A program made the translations under genes and the position numbers. Under the pieces are notes generated by a model. It did no database searches and was not told where the DNA came from. It saw nothing but the letters and a program-made list of their open reading frames with translations. From assembly GCA_904419495.1 (NCBI GenBank), contig CAJFRV010000003.1:5178-69177 (forward strand): a stretch of 64,000 nucleotides of DNA, given 5' to 3'. This DNA is from an uncultured Clostridia bacterium. Lineage in GTDB: Bacteria > Bacillota > Clostridia > TANB77 > CAG-508. Positions 16,360-24,787 of this stretch are shown here, piece after piece (position 1 is the first letter of the stretch; each line of letters opens with the position of its first letter).

Positions 16360-17979
16360 ATGGCTAACTGTTTAGGATTGTATGTAGAGAACAACATAAT
16401 TAAATATGCAAAAGTTTCAAAAGAACATGAAAAAATAAAAGTAGAAGCTTTTGGAGTTAAATTCTATGATAATTTGGAGAAAGCTATAGATCAAATTGTT
16501 GAAGAGACATATAGTTATAAAACACCAATCAGTATCAATTTATCAGAAGAAGTATATAATTATTTTGACATGTTTTCAATGTTAAGCAATAAGGATTTAT
16601 CTAAAGCAATTAAAACAGAATTTGAGATGTATTGTGCTGATCAAGGATATAATCCAAATGTTTTTGAGACACGATATGTTGTTTCAAAAAATCCAGCGGA
16701 TAAAGAAAAATTAAAAGTTATCCATATTGCAGCAAATAAAATAGAATTAACAAAGAAACTTCAAGTATTAGAAAAATACAAATTATCAGATATTGTACCC
16801 GTTTCTATGACAATAGCAAATTTAATAGAAACAAAACCAAAAGAAAATTGTTTAATTGTTAATATGGAAGAAAATACAACAGTAACAACCATATTAGATG
16901 AAAATATATATAATATAAATCTTTTTGATGAAGGAAGTCAAGAATTTTTAAGAAAAATTAATTTAAAAGAAAACTCTATGGCAAAATCTTATGAAATATG
17001 CAAAAATACAACAATTTATACTTCAGAAGGTAAAGACCTTCAAGAAAATGAAATAGGTTATCTAGAAGATATTATGCCAACATTATATACGATTGTTGGA
17101 AATGTAAGAAAAATCATAAATGAGAGTGAAGAAAAAATAGATAAAGTATATTTGACAGGTACAGCAACTTTGATTAATAATTTAGATCTATATTTTCAAG
17201 AATACTTAAATGAAATCAATTGTGAAATATTAAAACCATATTTTATAAATGCAACAAAAGACATTAGTGTACAAGATTATATAGAAGTGAATTCAGCAAT
17301 ATCATTAGCATTATCAGGATTGGGACAAGGTGTACAAGGAATTAACTTTAAAAAGCAAAACTTTAATGATAAAATCCCAGATTGGTTAAAAATAGAAGTT
17401 AATCCGGGAAAAGAAAAGAAAAGTAAATTGGCAACGTCAGGCTGGTTTACAAATGATTTGGGCGAAAAATTAGATAAAACAGAAATTAGTTTATTACGAA
17501 CAGTAGGAGGACTGTTTATATTATTTATTGTATATAGCTGTTTTTCAATGCTATTAAATAATCAAATGGATAGTAAAGAAGCACAAGCACAAGAATCTAT
17601 TAGTAGTACAACAGCTCAAATTCAACGAGTAGAAAATGATAAAACAAAAATAGAATCTAGAACAAATGATTATACAGAAATGATTCAAAATTTACAAGAT
17701 TTAAATGATAGAATCACAGATGCAAGTAAAACAAGAGATGCAATACCAAATTTATTAGACAGAATTATGTTTATCATACCAGAAAATGTACAACTAACAT
17801 CAATAAAAAACACAACAGGAACACATATAGTTATTCAAGCTCAATCAAACAAATATGAACAATTAGGTATGTTTAAAGCAAAATTAGATACAGAAATGTA
17901 TTTAACAAATGTAATTTCTACTTCAGGACAACAAGAAAATAATGTTATTAAAGTAACGATAGAAGGAGATTTACCATGA
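16360..17979 (+). CDS. pilMN: type IV pilus assembly protein, PilM-PilN fusion
   Basis: 539 aa. An actin-like PilM N-domain (MANCLGLYVENNIIKYAKV) is followed by a TM segment (GGLFILFIVYSCFSMLL) and a coiled-coil PilN-like C-domain. Confidence 0.75.
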   Translation: MANCLGLYVENNIIKYAKVSKEHEKIKVEAFGVKFYDNLEKAIDQIVEETYSYKTPISINLSEEVYNYFDMFSMLSNKDLSKAIKTEFEMYCADQGYNPNVFETRYVVSKNPADKEKLKVIHIAANKIELTKKLQVLEKYKLSDIVPVSMTIANLIETKPKENCLIVNMEENTTVTTILDENIYNINLFDEGSQEFLRKINLKENSMAKSYEICKNTTIYTSEGKDLQENEIGYLEDIMPTLYTIVGNVRKIINESEEKIDKVYLTGTATLINNLDLYFQEYLNEINCEILKPYFINATKDISVQDYIEVNSAISLALSGLGQGVQGINFKKQNFNDKIPDWLKIEVNPGKEKKSKLATSGWFTNDLGEKLDKTEISLLRTVGGLFILFIVYSCFSMLLNNQMDSKEAQAQESISSTTAQIQRVENDKTKIESRTNDYTEMIQNLQDLNDRITDASKTRDAIPNLLDRIMFIIPENVQLTSIKNTTGTHIVIQAQSNKYEQLGMFKAKLDTEMYLTNVISTSGQQENNVIKVTIEGDLP

Positions 17980-18692
17980 AAAAATTACTAATACTAATAT
18001 TAATTGCACTTGTATTAGCATTAACAATTTTTACAATAATGAATGGACTACAAATTGGTAGTTTTCATATATTAGGAATTAGACAGATACAGGATAAAAA
18101 TGCGGAATTAGAAGATACTGTAACAGAAGCTACTAAATTAGCAAGTTCTAGTTTCCCAAGTACAGTTAATGAACTAAATGCAAGTATGGAAGATTTAAAG
18201 AAACAAAAAACTGCTTATGAAGATATGGTTGCAGTTAGTGAATCAGGAGATGTCGAAACGGCAAGTCAATTGTCAAATTATAATTTAGATTTCTTATGGA
18301 CACAAATTGGAACACATGCAACTAGTGAAGGTGTTAATATAGATATGGCATTAACACAAGGAACAGGAGGACAAAACGTATATAACATTAATTTTACAGC
18401 AGTTGGAAGTTATGTAGGAATTTCTGAATTTATACGTGACATAGAAGATGATTCAGATTTAGCATTTAAGATAGAAGAATTTTCAATGACAGCAGGAGAA
18501 TCTACTTCACAATTGAGAGCTACTTTTGTTTGTAAGAATATACCAATAGAAGGTATTTCATCAATAGATACAAGAACACAAACGAATGCAAATACAAATA
18601 CAAGTAATAATACAAATACAACAAATAGTACAAATACGGCAAATAGTGCAAATACAGCAAATACTACTAATACAACCAACACAACTGATTAA
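17976..18692 (+). CDS. pilO: PilO-like bitopic pilus assembly protein with an Asn/Thr-repeat tail
   Basis: ATGA start overlap with pilMN, an N-terminal TM, a coiled coil and a C-terminal NANTNTSNNTNTTNSTNTANSANTANTTNTTNTTD tail. Confidence 0.55.
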   Translation: MKKLLILILIALVLALTIFTIMNGLQIGSFHILGIRQIQDKNAELEDTVTEATKLASSSFPSTVNELNASMEDLKKQKTAYEDMVAVSESGDVETASQLSNYNLDFLWTQIGTHATSEGVNIDMALTQGTGGQNVYNINFTAVGSYVGISEFIRDIEDDSDLAFKIEEFSMTAGESTSQLRATFVCKNIPIEGISSIDTRTQTNANTNTSNNTNTTNSTNTANSANTANTTNTTNTTD

Positions 18693-18705
18693 AAAGGAGG
18701 GCAAG

Positions 18706-19149
18706 ATGGCTAAAAAAGTAATAAAAGAAATTATTATTATGTTACTATTATGTCTGGCGATTATCTTGATACTTGGTGTATTGCTATATGAATACGTACC
18801 AAGTAATAAAATTATACCAGAAGAAGTATCTTACACAACGCCAGCAGATGTTCAAGAAGAATTAAATAAGAGTGAAAATCTTGAAAATGAGCAAGTAATT
18901 TTAACATATAGTATAGATGCAACAGACTTGAATAATTATGAAAGAATTAACAGCTATGTTCCGGGAAAGACAAATCCATTTTCATCTTATGATACATCTT
19001 CAACAAGTGGAAATGAAAATCAAAGTGGAAGTTCAAATGGAGGAACTAATAATTCAAATAATTCAAATAGTTCAAGCGGCTCAGGAAATACGACAGGATC
19101 AGCAAATGACACTAATACAGGATATTTTCCTGACAAAGGAACAAAATAG
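18706..19149 (+). CDS. small bitopic pilus-cluster protein (PilP-like?) with a Ser/Asn/Gly-rich tail
   Basis: The start is at MAKKV, behind AAGGAGGG; the ORF-track 5' extension reads through the pilO repeats in another frame. It has one TM, a GKTNPF motif and a low-complexity tail. Confidence 0.6.
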   Translation: MAKKVIKEIIIMLLLCLAIILILGVLLYEYVPSNKIIPEEVSYTTPADVQEELNKSENLENEQVILTYSIDATDLNNYERINSYVPGKTNPFSSYDTSSTSGNENQSGSSNGGTNNSNNSNSSSGSGNTTGSANDTNTGYFPDKGTK

Positions 19150-19220
19150 TTATTAATGTTATGTTTTTTAAACATAAATTATATATATAAATTTATTTCA
19201 AAAGAAAAGGAGGACAAAAA

Positions 19221-19655
19221 ATGAGAAACCAAAGAGGTATTACTTTAATCGCTTTAGTAATCACAATTATTGTTTTATTAATTTTAGCAGGGGTGTCAAT
19301 TGCAATGCTTACAGGAGATAATGGAATATTAACAAAATCTAATGAAGCAAAAGCAAACACACTAAAAGCAGAGGCTGCTGATAAGATTAATTTAGCAATT
19401 AATGCGGAATATGCAAATATTTTAGCAGATAAAGCTATGAGTGGAGATGCAGCTGCTATAGCAAAAGCTAATGGAATTACAACAACAGATTTTGAAATTA
19501 CTGTTGGAGCTTCAATCACAGATGCAACTGTATTAACAATAGCACCAAAAGCTGGTGGAGCTTATGGTGACTATAGCACAGATACAGAACTAGTAGGAAA
19601 AATTACCTATGCTGCTGGTACAGGATATACCATTGAAAAAGCAGAAGTAAAATAA
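19221..19655 (+). CDS. major pilin-like protein 1 (class III signal peptide, non-canonical)
   Basis: MRNQRG|ITLIALVITIIVLLILAGVSIAMLTGDNGILTK: short basic leader, Gly, then about 22 hydrophobic residues. It has no Phe+1 and no Glu+5. Confidence 0.75.
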   Translation: MRNQRGITLIALVITIIVLLILAGVSIAMLTGDNGILTKSNEAKANTLKAEAADKINLAINAEYANILADKAMSGDAAAIAKANGITTTDFEITVGASITDATVLTIAPKAGGAYGDYSTDTELVGKITYAAGTGYTIEKAEVK

Positions 19656-19687
19656 AACTAATAAGATAATGTTTAGGAGGAATTACA

Positions 19688-20131
19688 ATGAAAAATAATA
19701 AAGGTATTACTTTAATTGCATTAGTAATTACAATTATTGTTTTACTAATCTTAGCTGGTGTATCAATTGCAATGCTTACAGGAGATAATGGAATATTAAC
19801 AAAAGCAACAGAAGCAGGTTCAGCAACAGATTTGTCAGAAGTACTAGAAAGAATAAATATGGAATTGAATGCACAACTTACAAATGCAATGGCAGGTCAA
19901 ACATTTGATACAGAAGATGAAATTGAAAACAACTTAGGTACATTGCCAAATGGATATACAGCAACAGTTGCAGTAAGTGGTACTACAAGTTATAGTACAT
20001 CAGAAAATGTTACAATAACAATAACAAGAAACCCAGATGGTGTAACATTAACACAAAATATAGGAAAAGTAGCGTATGATGCTACCGATAAAGTTTGGGA
20101 AGTAACACCAGTTGAAGGTTCAGTTAAGTAA
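19688..20131 (+). CDS. major pilin-like protein 2 (paralogue)
   Basis: MKNNKG|ITLIALVITIIVLLILAGVSIAMLTGDNGILTK. The first 34 mature residues are identical to pilin 1, and the C-terminal domain is unrelated. Confidence 0.75.
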   Translation: MKNNKGITLIALVITIIVLLILAGVSIAMLTGDNGILTKATEAGSATDLSEVLERINMELNAQLTNAMAGQTFDTEDEIENNLGTLPNGYTATVAVSGTTSYSTSENVTITITRNPDGVTLTQNIGKVAYDATDKVWEVTPVEGSVK

Positions 20132-20143
20132 TAAATTATAAAA

Positions 20144-20175
20144 AAGCCATACGCACACTAAAGTGTGTATGGCTT
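20144..20175 (+). terminator. strong hairpin after the pilin genes (partial terminator/attenuator candidate)
   Basis: aagccatacgcacac / gtgtgtatggctt stem with one bulge and a taaa loop. The downstream tract is AT-rich but is not a clean T-run. Confidence 0.5.
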
Positions 20176-20247
20176 AATTAATAAAAATGAATTAAAATAA
20201 TGCACAAAAATATACAAGCGAATGATAATAAAATAGAAGGAGAAGAA

Positions 20248-21063
20248 ATGGATATACTACTATATATAATGATATTCATAATGGGAACTGTATTTGGTAG
20301 TTTTTTTACACTAGCAATCTACAGAATACCTAAAAATCAAGATATAACACATACACATTCATATTGTCCTAATTGTAATCATAAATTAGGTTTCTTAGAT
20401 TTAATACCAGTATTTAGTTATATTTTTTTATTGGGAAAATGTAGATATTGTAAACAAAAAATTAGACCAAGATATTTTATTATAGAAATATTATCAGGAA
20501 TTACATTTGTATTAGTAGCATATTTGATGAATATACAAGTAGATAATTTGAAACTAACAGTTTTGGCAGAAGGTGCATTTATGGCACTTTATTTGTGTTT
20601 TATTTTTATCATGGCAGGAATTGATCTAGAAAACAGAAAAATTGATAAAATGATTTCTATGTATGGTGTAATTTTATCTATCGCATATATCATATATCTA
20701 TGTGTAATAGAAAATGCTAGTATATATAGATATATCATATATTTAATATTATATATATTTATTTTGATTTTAGATTCTGTTACTTTGAAAAGATATGCTA
20801 AAAACAGTTATGTAAACGGTATAATAATCACAGCTATAACAATGAGTATATTTACAGGTGAATATGTAATGATAAATACGATTATTATGACATCATTGGC
20901 AGTTTCTTTCAATTTATTGTTACACAAAATACAAAATATTCGAAAAAGGGTTAGAAGAGAAAAGAAAGATTATGGTAAAAATGTAAACTATGGTTTTTAT
21001 CTGGGAATTGCAAATATTTTAAATGTGATATTTGTCTTAGCTTACTATAAATTTTTAATTTAG
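20248..21063 (+). CDS. pilD: prepilin peptidase (A24 family), divergent
   Basis: N-terminal zinc domain CPNCNHKLGFLDLIPVFSYIFLLGKCRYCKQKI and a first-Asp region AGIDLENRKID. No canonical GxGD(F/V)K motif is visible. Start at ATG 20248, behind AAGGAG. Confidence 0.7.
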   Translation: MDILLYIMIFIMGTVFGSFFTLAIYRIPKNQDITHTHSYCPNCNHKLGFLDLIPVFSYIFLLGKCRYCKQKIRPRYFIIEILSGITFVLVAYLMNIQVDNLKLTVLAEGAFMALYLCFIFIMAGIDLENRKIDKMISMYGVILSIAYIIYLCVIENASIYRYIIYLILYIFILILDSVTLKRYAKNSYVNGIIITAITMSIFTGEYVMINTIIMTSLAVSFNLLLHKIQNIRKRVRREKKDYGKNVNYGFYLGIANILNVIFVLAYYKFLI

Positions 21064-21088
21064 TTAGAAACTAAAGAAAGGAAAATTT

Positions 21089-21523
21089 ATGAATAAAAAA
21101 AACGAAAAAGGAATTACAACTATTGATGTTACAATTGCAATAATATTGATTACATTATTTGTAGCATTACTTGCAACATTAATGTATAGTATTAATGCAA
21201 ATCATAATACCATAGAAAGAAAATCAGAAGCAACAAACTATGCAATAAATGAAATTGAAGCAATAAAGCAACAGGATTTTAATACACTACAAGATACAGA
21301 TGAAACGACAAATGAATTTGAGAATATTGTAGATAATTCTGGAAATGCAACAGGATATGCTAAGAAAATAATCATAACGGATTATTCAAAATTGCCAGAA
21401 AATAAAGACGATACGACAATAATAGCAGGATTAGTAAAGAAAGTGACTGTGCAAGTGTCATATAAAGACGGAGATACTACACAAACAATAGAAATATCAA
21501 CAGTTTTAACAAAAAATGATTAA
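21089..21523 (+). CDS. minor pilin-like protein
   Basis: MNKKNEKG|ITTIDVTIAIILITLFVALLATL class III signal peptide-like N-terminus. Confidence 0.65.
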   Translation: MNKKNEKGITTIDVTIAIILITLFVALLATLMYSINANHNTIERKSEATNYAINEIEAIKQQDFNTLQDTDETTNEFENIVDNSGNATGYAKKIIITDYSKLPENKDDTTIIAGLVKKVTVQVSYKDGDTTQTIEISTVLTKND

Positions 21524-21534
21524 GGAGATAAGAA

Positions 21535-21984
21535 ATGAAAACACAAAAAGGTGTAACATTGATATCTGTAACAATTTATGTAATTGTTATGTTAATAGTT
21601 GTATCTGTAATAACTATTTTAACTTCATATTTTTATACAAATGTAGATATTAATTCTACAAGTGAAGACTTAAATCAGCAATATACTAAATTTAATGCAT
21701 ATTTTGTGGAAGAAATTAATAAAAAAGGAAATGCTTTAATAGAAATAAACGAAATGAAAGATGATAGCGGAGCGATACAACAAAGATATATCATTTTTAA
21801 AAGTGGTAATCAATACACATATATACCAGAAAATAAAGCAATATATATGAATAAGGTAAAAATAGCAGAAAATATAACAGATTGCATTATGACGACAGAA
21901 CAGGAAAATGGTAAGACAACAATAAGTGTTACAATAAAAGGAGAAAATTTTGAAAGAACTACTAAATATACATTAGTAGGATAA
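21535..21984 (+). CDS. minor pilin-like protein
   Basis: MKTQKG|VTLISVTIYVIVMLIVVSVITIL class III signal peptide-like N-terminus. Confidence 0.65.
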   Translation: MKTQKGVTLISVTIYVIVMLIVVSVITILTSYFYTNVDINSTSEDLNQQYTKFNAYFVEEINKKGNALIEINEMKDDSGAIQQRYIIFKSGNQYTYIPENKAIYMNKVKIAENITDCIMTTEQENGKTTISVTIKGENFERTTKYTLVG

Positions 21985-22006
21985 ACTGCGAAAGAGGTGT
22001 TTGGAT

Positions 22007-23638
22007 ATGGAATTAAAAAAGAGACAACCTATAGGTGTAGAATTAGTAAAAAGAGGTATTGTGGATGAAGAAGATATTGAAAGAGCATTAGAATATCAGA
22101 AAAATCATCCAAATATAAAGATAGGAGATTGTCTTTATGAATTAGATGCATGTGATCCATATATATTGATAACAGCTATAGGTGAGATTTTAGGTGAAAA
22201 AGGCATGCTTTTGAGCAGAGTGGCTATAAAAATTGACATTGAAGAATATATATCTTTAGACATTGCAAAGAAAAATAAAGCTATTCCATTCGAAATAGAA
22301 AATGGGAAGATAAAAGTATGCTTTGCGAACACAGTTAACAGAAGAAGTATAGAAACAATAAGATTACTATTTTTAAATAAAGGTTTAATTATGGACACAT
22401 ATATAACCTTTGAAAAAGATATTGTAAAAATTTTAAAATCTTTAGAAGGAAAAGCTAATACAGATATTAATGAATCTGGAGTTACAATTATAAATTTAGT
22501 TGACAGTATTATTAAAACAGGTATCGAAAAAAGAGCAAGTGATATTCATATAGAGCCAATGGCAACTTCTGTTAGAGTAAGATATAGAATTGATGGTGAA
22601 TTATTTACAGCAGCCAATTTAGATAAAGAAAAACAACAACAAATTATAGGAAGATTGAAAGCAATATCTAATATGCATCAAGAAAAACAAGAATCTCAAG
22701 ATGGTAGAATTTTACTTTATGAAGACTATAATATTCGTGTATCTTCACAACCAAACGTATATGGTGAAAAATTCGTTTTAAGATTATTAAAGAAGAACGC
22801 AAATATTAAAAATATATTTGATTTGGGATACTATGGAGAAGAAGAACAATTTAAAAGAAGTATTAACAAGAAAAATAGTATCACCATAATGGCAGCACCA
22901 ACAGGAGAAGGAAAAACTACTTCTTTATACAGCATTATTGATTATTTAAATAAGCCAGAGATTAATATTACTACGATTGAAGATCCTGTTGAAATTAGAA
23001 TACCGGGATTGAATCAAATAGAAATTGATAATAGAACTACTTTTGCGGGAGCATTGAGAACAGTATTAAGACAGGACCCAGATATTATCTTAGTAGGAGA
23101 AATTAGAGATAGAGAGACAGCAGAAATAGCTATACAAGCTGGACAAACAGGACATTATGTATTGTCAACAATTCATACAATTGATAGTATAGAAGTAATT
23201 AATAGGCTAAGAAAAATTGGTGTATCTGACTATGATATTGCAAGTACATTAGCGACAGCTATATCACAAAGATTAGTAAGAAGAATTTGTCCAAAATGTA
23301 AACGTGAAAGAGAATTTACAAAGGAAGAAAAAGATATTATAGAAAATATATTAGGAAAATATGATGAAAAAGTTGATTTAAAAGATATAAAAACTTATGA
23401 TACACTTGGATGTGATTATTGTAATGGAACAGGTTTTTACGATAGAATTGGTATTTTTGAGATTTTAAATATTACAGATGAATTAAAAGAATTAATTGTT
23501 TCAGGCGCATCAAGTATGGAAATTAGAAAAAAAGCATTAGAAGAAAATTATAGACCATTAATTGTAGATGGAATTAGAAAAGTTATAAAAGGAGAAACGA
23601 CTATAGAAGAATTGAATAAAAAATTATTATTTTTCTAA
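22007..23638 (+). CDS. pilB: type IV pilus assembly ATPase PilB (GspE family)
   Basis: N-terminal GspE_N-like domain, Walker A APTGEGKT, Asp box, His box and a tetracysteine CPKC...CDYC. ATG 22007 lies 7 nt after GAGGTG. Confidence 0.9.
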   Translation: MELKKRQPIGVELVKRGIVDEEDIERALEYQKNHPNIKIGDCLYELDACDPYILITAIGEILGEKGMLLSRVAIKIDIEEYISLDIAKKNKAIPFEIENGKIKVCFANTVNRRSIETIRLLFLNKGLIMDTYITFEKDIVKILKSLEGKANTDINESGVTIINLVDSIIKTGIEKRASDIHIEPMATSVRVRYRIDGELFTAANLDKEKQQQIIGRLKAISNMHQEKQESQDGRILLYEDYNIRVSSQPNVYGEKFVLRLLKKNANIKNIFDLGYYGEEEQFKRSINKKNSITIMAAPTGEGKTTSLYSIIDYLNKPEINITTIEDPVEIRIPGLNQIEIDNRTTFAGALRTVLRQDPDIILVGEIRDRETAEIAIQAGQTGHYVLSTIHTIDSIEVINRLRKIGVSDYDIASTLATAISQRLVRRICPKCKREREFTKEEKDIIENILGKYDEKVDLKDIKTYDTLGCDYCNGTGFYDRIGIFEILNITDELKELIVSGASSMEIRKKALEENYRPLIVDGIRKVIKGETTIEELNKKLLFF

Positions 23639-23668
23639 TATAAAAATAGCTTAAGGAGGAAAAGAAAA

Positions 23669-24775
23669 ATGAATTTGGATAAAATATTAGATATAGCAAT
23701 GGAGAAAGATGCATCAGATGTTCATATGATATGTGGCAACAAACCAATACTTAGAATTGCAAGGGACTTAGTAGTTCTAGAAGATATGAAGGAACTTACA
23801 GAAGAAGATATGGTGGAAACATATGACTATTTGGTAAAAGGCAATGTCGATAAAGATGAAGTATATAATTCAACAAAAAAATTAGATTTATCATATGAAT
23901 ATAAAGATATTCGTTTAAGGGTAAACATTTCATCTTCAGACGAAATCCCAACATGTACGCTAAGACTTATCAAAAATGAGTTACCACCTTATGAATCTTT
24001 AGGAATTCCAGATGTTGTTAGAAGAATGACATATCAACCACAAGGACTAATCTTGGTTACAGGAAAGACAAACTCTGGTAAAAGTACAACATTAAATTCT
24101 ATGATAGACTATATCAATGAAAATCAAAATAAAAAGATATTGACATTGGAAAACCCAATTGAGTATAAACATCATTCTAAAAAATCATTAATTGTCCAAA
24201 AAGAAGTAGGAAAAGGTAGAGATGTTTTAACTTTTAGTGATGGTGTAAAAAACTCTCTAAGAGAAGATTGTGATATTTTAGTTATTGGAGAGATTAGAGA
24301 TAGAACAACAATGGAAGCAGCTATCGAAATGGCAGAATCAGGACATTTAGTTGTGGGAACTTTGCATACAAAGTCTTGTGCAGAAACTATTGATAGAATG
24401 ATAAATTTCTATGAAGTAAGAGATCAAGCTAGTATAAAATATCTGTTATCAGCATTATTAAAATTAGTTGTTTCACAAAGATTATTAAAAGGAACAGATG
24501 GAAAATTAGTCTTAATTCCAGAAGTTATGGTAGTAGATAATATTGTAGCAGGAATTATTAGAAAAGAAAAATTGAGTGTATCTGAAATAGAAGATGCTAT
24601 ACAAAGTAATTTGGAAAAAGGAAGTATTGGTCTAATCAATTCATTAGCAGAACTTTTCGTTGAAGACAAAATTACATTAGAACAAGCAAAATCTCAAATA
24701 GAAGAGAAAAACTACGAGATTTTAAATAGAACCATTATGCAATTAAAAATAAAAAAAAGCACAAAAAACAATTAG
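23669..24775 (+). CDS. pilT: twitching-motility retraction ATPase PilT
   Basis: 368 aa with ASDVHM, Walker A GKTNSGKST, LVIGEIRD and GHLVVGTLHT. Confidence 0.88.
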   Translation: MNLDKILDIAMEKDASDVHMICGNKPILRIARDLVVLEDMKELTEEDMVETYDYLVKGNVDKDEVYNSTKKLDLSYEYKDIRLRVNISSSDEIPTCTLRLIKNELPPYESLGIPDVVRRMTYQPQGLILVTGKTNSGKSTTLNSMIDYINENQNKKILTLENPIEYKHHSKKSLIVQKEVGKGRDVLTFSDGVKNSLREDCDILVIGEIRDRTTMEAAIEMAESGHLVVGTLHTKSCAETIDRMINFYEVRDQASIKYLLSALLKLVVSQRLLKGTDGKLVLIPEVMVVDNIVAGIIRKEKLSVSEIEDAIQSNLEKGSIGLINSLAELFVEDKITLEQAKSQIEEKNYEILNRTIMQLKIKKSTKNN

Positions 24776-24787
24776 AGGAGGTAAAAA

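Noticed and set aside
18577-18689. A periodic short-repeat region that might be mistaken for a CRISPR-like or satellite array
   Set aside because: The period is 6 nt, the region is in frame within pilO, it encodes an Asn/Thr tail, and it has no 25-40-nt repeats or unique spacers.
18586-18705. 5' extension of the ORF-track call 18586-19149 (MQIQIQVIIQIQ...)
   Set aside because: It reads through the pilO hexamer repeats in another frame, producing an artefactual Q/I repeat. A strong SD (AAGGAGGG) precedes the internal ATG at 18706, which I use as the start.
18938-19156. 72-aa + strand ORF overlapping the 3' part of the 18706-19149 gene in another frame
   Set aside because: It has no SD and is a low-complexity translation of the Ser/Asn-rich coding repeats.
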